A stretch of DNA of 64,000 bases from Bacteroidota bacterium (GCA_023381615.1 JAMCQL010000037.1:288-64287); one strand, 5' to 3'; positions 1-9,947 are shown, numbered from the stretch's first letter. The notes: generated by a model from the letters alone, not told the origin. Program-made: numbers and translations.

Positions 1-579
1 AGCTAAGATGAGTATGAGGTATCGTTGGGAATACTGGTCGAACACCACCTTGGGGTCGGAGAATGTATCGTTAAAATTACCAAAGAAATTTCTCAAGTCA
101 TTCCCGTACACGTAACTTCCGTCCTTATACATAATCCAAATGTAGGTGTTAACTGCCTCAAGGACATACGTGGGCCCTACCGCTACGACGGGATCGGGAG
201 GCTCTGGCCCGGTGTCGCCGATCCCCTGAAAACTTGCAGTCAGGTTGTCTGCTTGTATCGACTTGGTGGTGGATCTTTTTGGAGCCGCTGCCTTACTCTT
301 ATCCAGCTCTTGACTTGCCGGATGGGGGAGTGGCTGAACCCGCTGTCTTCCAGATGGCTGCGACAGTGGTCCAGCTCCAATTGGCACAATTGTGTGTTTC
401 TGAGGTGTGATAGGACTGGTAGGAAGGCTCAACATCGAGACCACACCGGCTGCCGGAGTCTTACCGGTAACAGGCCCGCGGAATGATTGTGCGGTAGCCA
501 CGGGAGAAACCGCACCTAACAAAACGAATGTAACGACCACTATAGGTCGCCCGATTCGTCGCTTGCAGTTTGCGTTCAT
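1..579 (-). CDS. secreted hypothetical protein, N-terminal part (gene runs off the left window edge)
   Basis: Absent from the ORF track because it has no stop in the window. ATG at 579-577 (minus) is preceded by GGAGAGA. Translation MNANCKRRIGRPIVVVTFVLLGAVSPVATAQS... is signal-peptide-like, followed by a Pro/Ser-rich linker and ...VAVGPTYVLEAVNTYIWIMYKDGS... The frame is open to position 1. Confidence 0.55.
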   Translation of the reverse strand, partial: MNANCKRRIGRPIVVVTFVLLGAVSPVATAQSFRGPVTGKTPAAGVVSMLSLPTSPITPQKHTIVPIGAGPLSQPSGRQRVQPLPHPASQELDKSKAAAPKRSTTKSIQADNLTASFQGIGDTGPEPPDPVVAVGPTYVLEAVNTYIWIMYKDGSYVYGNDLRNFFGNFNDTFSDPKVVFDQYSQRYLILILA

Positions 580-709
580 GTTATCTCTCCTTTTGTTTAT
601 GCTTTGCTCTTGACAAAAAGCGGAGTAACCCATCGTGGAGCTTTTTCTTCACCATGGAATATCCACTGCTCTCGCAATTAACCCTTCTCTCTTGGTTCAC
701 ATCCACGTC

Positions 710-1789
710 TCACCTCCTTCCGACATAAGTAACTCCATAGTATTGAACACCACTGTACGTTCTTATCCCCGCGGCAATAATCATGTTTCCTTTTATCGAG
801 ACGCTTCTCAACTGGTCAATCGGATTATAAAGCTCTCTGTATTCCGTCCAGTGTGCTCCATTATAAAAACTCACGTCCCCATAACCTCCAGCGATCACTA
901 CGCAGTTCAGCGCGTCGCCTCTGACTGCAAAGGAATAGTAACTTGCTGCACTACGGTTTACATCATACTGCCATATTTTGTCAGACAAGGAGTGCTTTGT
1001 AAGCACTCCGTCTCCGACAAGGAAATACTCTTGATTCGCTGTGAACCAGATACCGCTAAGGCTCACTCCTGTGGGAATGCTGTCATTGAAGTGAACTGCC
1101 GTATTGCCGTTTAGTTGTATAAGGTATTTTCCACCGAGTCCAAACTTATCAGACGCCACAGCCAGCACCTGTCCTCCATCTCCCCAGATGTCCTGGAACG
1201 GCAAGGTCGTGCCTGTCTGTACTTGCTGCCAAGTGCTGCCGTGATCTGGTGAGTAAGCGATCTTCCCGTAATTTCCCACGACATACACTTGACTCCCGTC
1301 TGAACTCTCCCATATCTTGTTTTCAACAGACTGAAGCTGCGGGTCTATCTGTTTAAACTGATGCCCATCCCAGTGCTCCAAGTATCCCATGCCAAACCAA
1401 ATATCATTTGCATTCCTCGCAAAGACAGAATAGGCAGTGGAAAAGGTTTTTTGCCCTTGATAGTAAAGCGGTATTTGCATGCGTGTCCACTTTACGCCGT
1501 TCCACACAGCAGCGTTGTTCCAATAAATCGTGTTATTACGTCCAACGGAATCTGAAGGCATAATTAGGCCGACGGCGTAGGCCAAAGTATCATTAATAAT
1601 GCAGCAGTCGTAGAGGATACTTCCCTCGGCGCCGATCGTGTCAACCGTCCATGTGAAGTTGCTGGAAGTGGTGTCGGGGCCGGTCGTTCTGTGTGGGCCT
1701 GTCAGGAAGTTGCAGCTAAATCCGCCCATGACGAGCATGACCGAAAGAATTGCCGGTAACAAGAAGCGATAAATCTTGTACTTTCGCAT
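710..1789 (-). CDS. BNR/Asp-box beta-propeller lipoprotein (Ycf48/sialidase-like fold)
   Basis: ORF 710..1807. Likely start is ATG at 1789 (MRKYKIYRFLLPAILSVMLVMGGFSC, lipobox) after AAGGAAGAGAG. It has the Asp-box SPDHGSTW and repeated W/G-rich blades. Confidence 0.7.
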   Translation of the reverse strand: MRKYKIYRFLLPAILSVMLVMGGFSCNFLTGPHRTTGPDTTSSNFTWTVDTIGAEGSILYDCCIINDTLAYAVGLIMPSDSVGRNNTIYWNNAAVWNGVKWTRMQIPLYYQGQKTFSTAYSVFARNANDIWFGMGYLEHWDGHQFKQIDPQLQSVENKIWESSDGSQVYVVGNYGKIAYSPDHGSTWQQVQTGTTLPFQDIWGDGGQVLAVASDKFGLGGKYLIQLNGNTAVHFNDSIPTGVSLSGIWFTANQEYFLVGDGVLTKHSLSDKIWQYDVNRSAASYYSFAVRGDALNCVVIAGGYGDVSFYNGAHWTEYRELYNPIDQLRSVSIKGNMIIAAGIRTYSGVQYYGVTYVGRR

Positions 1790-2011
1790 CTCTCTTCCTT
1801 TGTTCAAAAGTTATGACATCCAATGAGTAGAGTCAATTTACCAAACGTGAAATCGGCGTGAAGAAATTGTGCAGCAATCGCTCGCACGAATAACGATGTA
1901 CTTGTACGCATGGTATTTCTCCTTGCTTTTTATGGTTTTGTTTGGACATTATCAACCTTGGAACTACAGGAAATTCTAATTGCTTCAAGTCATGTCTTTT
2001 TCACCTCCTTC

Positions 2012-2974
2012 CTAAGTAGATGAGACCATAACTGAAGACACTGTTTGGAACGAACCCCACGGTTCCGGATTTCCGACTGGTTGAGTCGTGAAATCCCAAA
2101 GTGTCTCCGCCGATTGTCGGGTTATTCTTACCTGATATTCAACATATGTGAGAGTGTTCGCCACTGGATTTGGAGCACTAGCTACCAGTGTGGTAACGTA
2201 TCGGTTGTTCGAGGGATCATAAGCCGATGAAGCAACTTGATAGGATTCCAGAATTTGTGCACCATTTGCATCGAATACCCTCAGATATGTTATCTGAATT
2301 GCATCGTTGGAATATATTTGAATTCCAAACTGCTGCGTGGACGGCCTGTCCCACCACCATGTGTACGAGGGGGCTTCTACTACAACCGTCGGCGTTACGG
2401 TGATATTCAATTCGTTGTTAGAAACCGTAAATGTGAGGGATGGCGTGCCACTCCACCCTACGTATGATCCGGTAGTCCAAAGGGTTGTGGACTGACTGAG
2501 TATCTGCCCCTGGTAAACGATCCAGCTGATTGGCGACAACAACTGATAGATGAGTGCCCTGACATATTGGTCGGTTACCTTGGAGTTGATCTGTTGCTGA
2601 AGGTCCTGGTACTCAGTTATAATATTGCTTGCAGTTATCGTAGTAGGTGGAATCGTCAGAGTGGGAGTGATTGTAAATGAACCAGAAGGCCCCTCGGTTG
2701 AGTAGGTCACTCCCATCACTATTTTAATCAAGTTATCTGATAGAATGACCGTCGGTTCACTCAGCGAGATGGTATAGGGACCGTATTGGAAAGTACCTGT
2801 CCAGCTGTGCTGGATTGATGCCCATTGCGTCCCTATGAACCTGTCGATCGCCGTGTTCGACACTGAAAGTGTTACGGGGACGTTGTAGTCTGTCTGCGCT
2901 GATGCACCCTGCCATGGAATAACGCATAGTGTCATAACTAGGGCGCTAAGCCATTTGATAATAATCCGTTTCAT
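2012..2974 (-). CDS. secreted hypothetical protein
   Basis: 320-aa ORF with an AAAGGAGAAAAAA SD. Signal peptide MKRIIIKWLSALVMTLCVIPWQGASAQ. Thr/Ser/Val-rich beta-type composition with no recognisable catalytic motif. Confidence 0.6.
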   Translation of the reverse strand: MKRIIIKWLSALVMTLCVIPWQGASAQTDYNVPVTLSVSNTAIDRFIGTQWASIQHSWTGTFQYGPYTISLSEPTVILSDNLIKIVMGVTYSTEGPSGSFTITPTLTIPPTTITASNIITEYQDLQQQINSKVTDQYVRALIYQLLSPISWIVYQGQILSQSTTLWTTGSYVGWSGTPSLTFTVSNNELNITVTPTVVVEAPSYTWWWDRPSTQQFGIQIYSNDAIQITYLRVFDANGAQILESYQVASSAYDPSNNRYVTTLVASAPNPVANTLTYVEYQVRITRQSAETLWDFTTQPVGNPEPWGSFQTVSSVMVSST

Positions 2975-3126
2975 TTTTTTCTCCTTTGCATTGAACGGTT
3001 TAACAGATGTTTGTTATTTTGCCACTGGCAAACGAAAAAGCAGAAGCCACAAAACGACCTGCCCCGACTTTTCGGGACATAAAAAGCCGCGATGTGAAAC
3101 TCGAACCGCTTTTTGTTCGCTAACAC

Positions 3127-3162
3127 CCCATCTCTGCCCTTGCCGGCAGGGATGGGTTTTTT
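3127..3162 (+). terminator. rho-independent terminator oriented on the + strand, between two minus-strand genes
   Basis: CCCATCTCTGCC / GGCAGGGATGGG forms a 12-bp stem (one G.U pair) with a 6-nt loop, followed by TTTTTT. On the minus strand there is no U-tail after the hairpin. Confidence 0.6.
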
Positions 3163-3221
3163 GTTATACTATCTTTTGTCTTTCGTCACCTCCTTTCATT
3201 GACCTTTTTGCATTTGTGTTT

Positions 3222-4409
3222 TCATGGTGTCCCCTGAGCAACAACGTACACTTGAGAGGACACTTCACTCGGTAGGAACACTTTGCCCGATGATGTCTTT
3301 ACAATTCTGCGTTGCTCGCCGTATTGCGAGTCAGGGGCTGGCAGGCCCGGTATCACGATCTGCTGAAAATTGCTTCCGTTCCATTGATAGAAATTGTACT
3401 TCGTTCCGAAAATCCAAATGTCGCCGGGAGTAAGTAAATCGATCATGTACGCCGTCCTCCCCAAGTTATGCAAAGGTAACCCTAATGAAGACATGTTGGT
3501 AACTAAGTAATCAAAAGACTGCCCTTTGGACTGCAGCAGATAAGATTCCCACCCTGTCAAGTACAACCGAACGGAATCAGTAACCGGACATCGGTACGCG
3601 GCGATATCCCGCATGGAGCTGTAATCACCCGGCAGGGAGACGACGTTTCCCGTTGTATCCTGATTATCGAAAAGTCTGTACCACTCAGCTCCGTCGTATT
3701 TCCAGTACTGCTGATAATTCTGTCCGGTAGTAAGTGATAGTTCCGCTTCGGCATATACTTCAGTCTTTGAGCATCCTGTAACGTGAAGAAAATCGAAATT
3801 CGTCGGCGCCTTCGAATAAACCCAGGTCGCATTATATCCGTCCTTCGTGTAAACCATGCCGTTATCACCCACAGCTATGAAATATCCCTTCCCGTCCGTC
3901 CAGACCGAGCGAAGCTCTCCAACTGCTTGAAGCTGATAACTTTTCCATTTTTTTGTGCGATTGTCAAATTCTGCAACGCCAGCGTATTCAATTGTGTCTA
4001 TTCCCCAGTATCCGACAGAAACCAGAAGGTGATCATCCCCAATAACATCACCTCTAGGATCAATCGCTATATCGCCCCATTTTTGAGTTGCGTTATCATA
4101 GCCCCCCGTTCCATTAATACTGTCGTTCCATACTTTGCCGTTCCAGTGTAAAGCCACATAATGTTTCTGTCCGGGTACCGTTGGGCCGGAAATGTTTCCC
4201 ATCAAGTATGCGTCCGTATCCGAGAACGCCCAAACTCCACCTACCTCCGACGGCCACCATGCTACTGTGTCGATTCTCCAGGCGAAGTTGCGGTTCCCAT
4301 GCGGATAGTTGCAACTTGTCGGCTGCGGAGGAGTGACAGGGCTCTTCCGACAGCTGATGCCGAGAAAAATCAGAGTAGCCACTACGAGAAAGAATGAAGC
4401 TCTTATCAT
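3222..4409 (-). CDS. beta-propeller-like lipoprotein, distant paralog of 710..1789
   Basis: ORF 3222..4448. ATG at 4409 gives MIRASFFLVVATLIFLGISC (lipobox). It shares NFAWRIDTV / NFTWTVDTI and WNGKVW / WNGVKW motifs with 710..1789. Confidence 0.65.
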   Translation of the reverse strand: MIRASFFLVVATLIFLGISCRKSPVTPPQPTSCNYPHGNRNFAWRIDTVAWWPSEVGGVWAFSDTDAYLMGNISGPTVPGQKHYVALHWNGKVWNDSINGTGGYDNATQKWGDIAIDPRGDVIGDDHLLVSVGYWGIDTIEYAGVAEFDNRTKKWKSYQLQAVGELRSVWTDGKGYFIAVGDNGMVYTKDGYNATWVYSKAPTNFDFLHVTGCSKTEVYAEAELSLTTGQNYQQYWKYDGAEWYRLFDNQDTTGNVVSLPGDYSSMRDIAAYRCPVTDSVRLYLTGWESYLLQSKGQSFDYLVTNMSSLGLPLHNLGRTAYMIDLLTPGDIWIFGTKYNFYQWNGSNFQQIVIPGLPAPDSQYGEQRRIVKTSSGKVFLPSEVSSQVYVVAQGTP

Positions 4410-4478
4410 GAAACCTCTTGTCCTTTTCTTAGTCACGCGCCGTTCCAAGTAACCGCATCGCAGGCATGCGTGGACTCT

Positions 4479-5153
4479 TCAGTTAAGCGGCGCGCGCAAT
4501 CCTATTCCGAAAGACCACAAACCAATACCGCCGCCGCTCCCGAACGATTGATAATCCAGCTCAGGGTATAACTTCGCCGTCTGAACCGGAATGGCAATAC
4601 CGAAGCCAAGCACGTGATTGTTGTCTATAAAATCCGTGAACTGCCCGTTGAATATTCCATCTGAGAGGCTGGTTCCGGCATTGGCACCGAAGTGATAGAA
4701 GGTATAATTGACAAACGGTTCAAATCCGCTTATGTCTTTGCTCAGGCTTGCCCCGTATCGGATGTATGAATAATGCCCGAAGTATTCTGCGTAACTGAAA
4801 TTGACACCGAAATCAAAAAGAGTGAATGCCATCGGATTTATTTGGTCCCGGAGAGTGCCTTCAAGTATGCCGGGCCAATAGCGCGCTCCTATTTCCAATC
4901 GAAGAGGCAGTCCGTACGCCAGCGCAACCGACGGTATGAATGGGGGCTTGTCAATTACAAGTGATTTGTCGGTGCTTTTTAGTGATATATCATCGGCGCC
5001 AAACCCGAGGTCGATCTTGCCCGGCCTGAGCGTTCTCGCCGTATAGAAATTACTCGCCACAATGCAGCCTGACAGTGTAAATGCCAACATTACCACCAGA
5101 CTTTGAATGATTGCCCCCTTTATGGCCACTCCTACTGCAGATTCTTCCTCCAT
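4479..5153 (-). CDS. small outer-membrane-type lipoprotein (beta-rich, aromatic C-terminal region)
   Basis: 224-aa ORF with signal and lipobox ...VVMLAFTLSGC. Gly/aromatic alternating strands, ending ...GLWSFGIGLRAPLN. A tandem paralog lies downstream. Confidence 0.6.
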   Translation of the reverse strand: MEEESAVGVAIKGAIIQSLVVMLAFTLSGCIVASNFYTARTLRPGKIDLGFGADDISLKSTDKSLVIDKPPFIPSVALAYGLPLRLEIGARYWPGILEGTLRDQINPMAFTLFDFGVNFSYAEYFGHYSYIRYGASLSKDISGFEPFVNYTFYHFGANAGTSLSDGIFNGQFTDFIDNNHVLGFGIAIPVQTAKLYPELDYQSFGSGGGIGLWSFGIGLRAPLN

Positions 5154-5696
5154 CTCACCCTCCTGTCCGAAAACTTCTCTATGATATCGCCGGCATCGGA
5201 AATTTGTACTTAGCTGTTTTCACTGATGGCCTGACTGTTTCATATTTTAATTGTTCTTTTCCTTCTTCACTCCCTTCAAAGCCAATACCCTTCTTTGCTT
5301 GGCGAGCTCTCCCCGGTTTGCTCAACCTCTACAACCGGGGACTGCTAATGCGAAACTCTATCATGAAGTAATAACAAAGTCAAGTCATAAGTTTGTCCAC
5401 TCACGACAGAAGTGTAATTGCTAATAGCAATGAAACTATTAAAAGAATCGAAGCTCTGTTCGCTCTCTCGTCGTCAACGAGAAAGTCTAACGACAGGAAT
5501 TTCTATCTCGCTATTTCCCCAATTGTAACTGCCGCAAGCTTTCTCTTCCTCTCGGCGGCCCGACCGGGCTCTTTTTACAATCGACGCTAATCAGAGTTAG
5601 CGCTAATGCCATTGACAAAAGGAAGAACCGCATCATCTATTCACCCTGTCAGAATCAGGTTGACAGGAACAACTTTCTTCACGGAGTTTTTCTTTA

Positions 5697-6455
5697 TCAT
5701 TTGGGGACTCCACGTATTCCAATTCCAAAACTCCATATTCCATTTTTGATTCCACTTCCAAAGTATTGATAGTCAAATTCGGGATACAGCTTTAGCCCTG
5801 GAATAGGGATGCCAACTCCGATGCCAATCACGCGATCGTTATCAACAATCTCGCTCATTGCCCCAGAGAAGAAGCTGTTAGAAAAATCCCCAGAAGTTGC
5901 GCCCATGAAATGTTAGTAGCTGTAGTGGATGTACGGTTCAAAGCTGCCGATGTCTTTGCTCAGGCTTGTTCCGTATCTAAGATAGGTGTAGCCTCCAAAC
6001 AAATCTCCAAAGGTTATGTCCGGGGAAAAATCAAACAACTCGAATGATCGAGGATTGATCTGATCGCGCAGCGACACTTCAAGCAAGCGTGGAATGACAA
6101 ATCGTGCGTCGGCTTCCAGCCTTAGAGGCAAACCGTAAGCAAACAAGAACGACGGAACAAACGGAGAACCTTTGGAAACCGTAACGGAGTTATCCGTGCT
6201 TTTTACAAAAATATCGTCAGCGCCAAACCCAGGCGCAAACTTGCCCTGATCAAGTGTCCGTGCAGTGTAGAAGGTGCTGGTAGCCATGCAGCCGGATAGA
6301 GTCAGCATTAGCACCGCAAGCAGAGTGCAAACGATCAATATTCTTCTAAGTTTACTTCTCCCCCTTTCTGAATTGACCGATGGGTCAGCGGACGCAACTT
6401 TAAACCATCGGTTCTCCTTTGTCTTTAGTCCTTTCACCATCTTACCCTCCTTCAA
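5697..6455 (-). pseudogene. tandem paralog of 4479..5153 interrupted by one in-frame TAA
   Basis: ORFs 5913..6455 and 5697..5906 are in the same frame. ...FEPYIHYSY-TAA-HFMGATSG... aligns with ...FEPFVNYTFYHFGANAGT... of the neighbour, and the stop at 5913-5915 aligns with a Tyr codon. Confidence 0.7.
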
Positions 6456-6797
6456 TTGTGCTTGTGGAATCTATTCGAGCCTTATTAATTATTTTCCCGT
6501 CTACAAATCCATGTCTCTTCTCTCTTCTACGCCCTTCAACGCTAGGCTCCGCTTGCGCCAACTCTGCAAATGATTCCGAACCACCAGAATGCGCCGGTTA
6601 TTTTTTCTTGGCACCCAGAATCATCACTTACACCACAAAATATCCCCCCATCACAAAGTCAAGAGTAAAAAGAAAGATAGAATTGCCTTATTCTGGCAGA
6701 GTAAAGAATCACTTCGGCTTGGTGCGTGATAAAGCCGCTCTGAACGGGCTCACTGCTTGAGGGATTCCATTCTCCATGCTGGGTCATGTAAATATCT

Positions 6798-7190
6798 CTA
6801 TGACATGATAGGAGTGATTTGTAGTAAGTTGCAAGAGATGGTGGAGCGAGAGGGTGATTTAGCATGGTGGTACAACCTTTCTTGTAGTTTAAGGATATCT
6901 CTTCTGATGTGGGCAGGATTAAGAGAGGGGTAGAGTTTGGATAGTCGATCTTTAACATTTTCGTCAAAGTCTTTGAGAGCCATGATGCGTTGGAATGGAG
7001 TAGTAGGTTGATCATACTTTTTGGTGTAGTTCACTTTTGTTTCTTGTCTTGGATATGAGCTTGGCATTAGCGCTGAAGAAGTTGATGGAAAGGGAAAGAG
7101 ACACGTGGAGTTTGTTGAGCCGGTCGAGATGGTACATTGCTTGGTAACGATAATGGCCCACGTTCCTTGCCTTTTCGTAGAGATTTTAGT
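6798..7190 (-). pseudogene. frameshifted C-terminal remnant of a DDE (rve-type) transposase/integrase
   Basis: Two minus frames join into ...LNKLHVSLSLSINFFSANAKLISKTRNKSELHQKV* / VNYTKKYDQPTTPFQRIMALKDFDENVKDRLSKLYPSLNPAHIRRDILKLQERL. This matches my recollection of the NfFqP..KL..K.r.g.k..KkYD...TPyqRl......LNP..l...I..L tail of a transposase family. No catalytic core is present, because lon starts at 7282. Confidence 0.45.
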
Positions 7191-7281
7191 TGAAGGCTCC
7201 ATCCACCTTGTTTAGCCCTCCCGACTCTGCTATATTTTTGAAAAGAAATCCCAAGTAATTATTCAGGATTCGGAGAAAATT

Positions 7282-9669
7282 TTGAACGAATTTGAAGAAT
7301 TAGAACACCCCAGTGATATAGAAAAAGTCGAAGATATTCCCACTCGTCTTCCAGTACTTCCGTTGAGAGATTCGGTTGTGCTTCCGTACATGCTTTTCCC
7401 GATTCTCGTCGGAAGAGAACAATCGGTTGAAGCCGTCGAGCACGCGGCAAAGTCAAACAAATTCATCCTCCTTGTTGCCCAAAAGGACAGCACGCTCGAG
7501 GATCCTACGCGCGATGAGCTTTACAGAGTTGGAACGGTCGCAAGAATTCTGCAGATACTCAAGCTTCCGAACGGACTCTTGAAAGTTCTCGTTGACGGCG
7601 TCGCTCAGGCGTTTGTCAAGAGGTTTTATGAGGAAAAAAAGATCCTTCATGCGGAATACAGTCTCAATGCCCAATCCTTCCAAAAAGATATCGAGCTTGA
7701 AGCGCACGTGAAGCACGCCGCCCAATTATTCCGCGATTACGTCAGGAACAGCCGTGACATTCCGCCGGAAACTCTTTTGTCTTTTGAGAACATGCAGGAG
7801 CCGGACCGCAAGTTCTACTACACTCTTGCCAATATGGACCTTTCCATTCAGGAGAAGATCGATCTTTTCAGCATAAAGAGTCTGCGGGGACAATACGAAG
7901 AGCTTATCAAGATCCTCATGGAAGAGATAAACATTCTGAAGATCGAGCAGGAAATCGATGACAAAGTCCAGGGCAGCATACAGAAAAACCAGAGGAAGTA
8001 TTATCTGCAGGAACAGGTCAGGATAATGCAGGACGAACTTGGCGATGATAATCCGAGCGGCGAGTACGCGCTTTTGAAGGAGCGGATTGAAAATGCGCGG
8101 ATGCCTGATCTGGCGAAGGCGAAAGCCGTTGATGAACTCGACAAGCTGAAAAGGACTCAAGCCTTTTCGCCGGAGGCCACTGTCATCCGCAATTATCTTG
8201 ATTGGCTTCTCGATGTGCCATGGTACAAGAAGACTCGCGACAATTTGGATGTTGAACATGTAAAGAATATCCTTGATGAAGACCATTACGGGCTTGAGAA
8301 ACCGAAAGAGCGGATCGTCGAGCAGATCGCGGTCTTAAATCTGGTGAAAGAGATGCGCTCGCAGATACTCTGCTTTGTCGGCCCTCCGGGAGTCGGCAAG
8401 ACGTCGCTGGCAAAATCCATTGCCCGCGCGCTCGGGAGAAAATTTGTGCGCCTGTCGCTCGGCGGGATGCGCGACGAAGCGGAGATCAGAGGACACCGGA
8501 GAACTTACGTCGGCTCTCTCCCCGGAAGAATCTTACAGGCGATGAAAAAAGGCGGTGTCATAAATCCCGTTATGCTTCTCGACGAGGTAGATAAGCTCGC
8601 CTCCGATTTCCACGGCGATCCCGCCGCCGCGCTTTTGGAAGTTCTCGATCCGGAACAGAATCATTCATTTCAAGATCATTATTTAGAAGTCGATTACGAT
8701 CTTTCAAAAGTTTTGTTTATCACCACCGCAAACGTTCGCGACAATATTCCTGAGCCGCTCGAAGATAGGATGGAAGTCATTGAGCTTCCCGGCTATCTCG
8801 ATTATGACAAGATCGAAATTGCCAAGCGGCATATTATCCCGAAGCAGTTAAAAGCGCACGGAATTGACGAGAAATACGCGAAATTCGAAGACGCGGCATT
8901 GATGGAGATAATTCGCGGATACACCTGGGAAGCCGGTGTTAGAAATCTCGAGCGCTCGATTGCCGGCGTTTGCAGGAAAGTCGCGAAGGAAATTGTCAAT
9001 CAGAAAAAAGTGAAATCGGAGAAAATTACTCCGATTGTAATTGACGAAAAGAAAGTTGAGAAATTTCTCGGTGTTCCTAAATTCCACTCCAAACAAATTG
9101 CCAAGAAAAGTCGGATAGGTGTAGCTCTTGGTCTTGCGTGGACAAGTGGGGGTGGCGATATTCTAAACATTGAGGCGATATTGATGGAAGGACCAGACAG
9201 ATTGCAGTTGACCGGACGGCTCGGAAATGTCATGCAGGAATCGGCGCGAGCCGCCCTTACTCACGTTCGCGCAAATGCGACTCGATTCGGTATCGCAAAG
9301 AATTTTTATAAAGGAAAAGAAATTCATATCCATGTTCCCGAAGGCGCAACTCCGAAAGACGGACCTTCAGCGGGACTCACGATGGCAGTGGCTCTCATTT
9401 CAGCGGCTGGGAAAAAACCCGTCCGCACGGATGTGGCGATGACCGGCGAAATAAATCTCAACGGCGAAGTGCTGCCGATCGGAGGGTTGATGGAAAAGAT
9501 GCTCGCGGCGAAGAGGTACGGAATCAAAAAAGTGTTGATCCCCAAAGAAAATCTCAAAGACCTTTCCGAGATTCCGGAGAAATTGAAAGAGGGCATAACG
9601 ATTGTGCCGGTTGAAAAAATCGAAGATGCTTTGAAACATGTTTTCGCAAACAGGTCGGTGAATAAATGA
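7282..9669 (+). CDS. lon: ATP-dependent Lon protease
   Basis: 795 aa. LON N-domain (LPVLPLRDSVVLPYMLFPILVGR), Walker A GPPGVGKTS, ...RGHRRTYVGSLPGR..., and catalytic Ser in DGPSAGLTMAVALISA. Confidence 0.97.
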   Translation: MNEFEELEHPSDIEKVEDIPTRLPVLPLRDSVVLPYMLFPILVGREQSVEAVEHAAKSNKFILLVAQKDSTLEDPTRDELYRVGTVARILQILKLPNGLLKVLVDGVAQAFVKRFYEEKKILHAEYSLNAQSFQKDIELEAHVKHAAQLFRDYVRNSRDIPPETLLSFENMQEPDRKFYYTLANMDLSIQEKIDLFSIKSLRGQYEELIKILMEEINILKIEQEIDDKVQGSIQKNQRKYYLQEQVRIMQDELGDDNPSGEYALLKERIENARMPDLAKAKAVDELDKLKRTQAFSPEATVIRNYLDWLLDVPWYKKTRDNLDVEHVKNILDEDHYGLEKPKERIVEQIAVLNLVKEMRSQILCFVGPPGVGKTSLAKSIARALGRKFVRLSLGGMRDEAEIRGHRRTYVGSLPGRILQAMKKGGVINPVMLLDEVDKLASDFHGDPAAALLEVLDPEQNHSFQDHYLEVDYDLSKVLFITTANVRDNIPEPLEDRMEVIELPGYLDYDKIEIAKRHIIPKQLKAHGIDEKYAKFEDAALMEIIRGYTWEAGVRNLERSIAGVCRKVAKEIVNQKKVKSEKITPIVIDEKKVEKFLGVPKFHSKQIAKKSRIGVALGLAWTSGGGDILNIEAILMEGPDRLQLTGRLGNVMQESARAALTHVRANATRFGIAKNFYKGKEIHIHVPEGATPKDGPSAGLTMAVALISAAGKKPVRTDVAMTGEINLNGEVLPIGGLMEKMLAAKRYGIKKVLIPKENLKDLSEIPEKLKEGITIVPVEKIEDALKHVFANRSVNK

Positions 9670-9735
9670 CCAAATTGTTTCTCACAGATTTCTCTTTTAG
9701 ATTTCAAACAGATGAAGAACAGAACTGAAATATGA

Positions 9736-9864
9736 AGATTATTTGCAAGAGATTGCGGACAGCACAGTGGAATAGACTTATCCATTGTGTGGGAAACAAT
9801 CAGGCAAGATATTCCGGACTTAAAAAGACAAATCGACGCAATAATTAACAATCTGAAAAAATAA
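9736..9864 (+). pseudogene. C-terminal remnant of a HepT (DUF86/HEPN) toxin gene
   Basis: The open frame translates RLFARDCGQHSGIDLSIVWETIRQDIPDLKRQIDAIINNLKK*. It retains the HEPN R-x4-H motif and the ...IVW.T...D.P.LK..I tail typical of HepT. There is no start codon, no N-terminal half and no MntA partner. Confidence 0.5.
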
Positions 9865-9901
9865 TGACTTATTTAGTAACAGCGCGGAAATGGCGCCCGA
9901 T
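9864..9901 (+). repeat. 38-nt duplicate of the dnaX 5' end (codons 1-12)
   Basis: ATGACTTATTTAGTAACAGCGCGGAAATGGCGCCCGAT versus dnaX 10321-10358 ATGACTTATCTAGTAACCGCGCGCAAATGGCGCCCGAT. They match at 35/38 positions, and all three differences are synonymous. Confidence 0.85.
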
Positions 9902-9947
9902 CGTGTCGGCGTTTTTAGAGCAATCATAATTATTGTAAGGTGGAACA

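Noticed and set aside
25-613. Plus-strand ORFs 25..486 and 407..613
   Set aside because: They are antisense to a better minus-strand gene (1..579) that has an SD, a signal peptide and protein-like composition. The plus-strand translations are Cys/Arg/Trp-rich and lack an SD.
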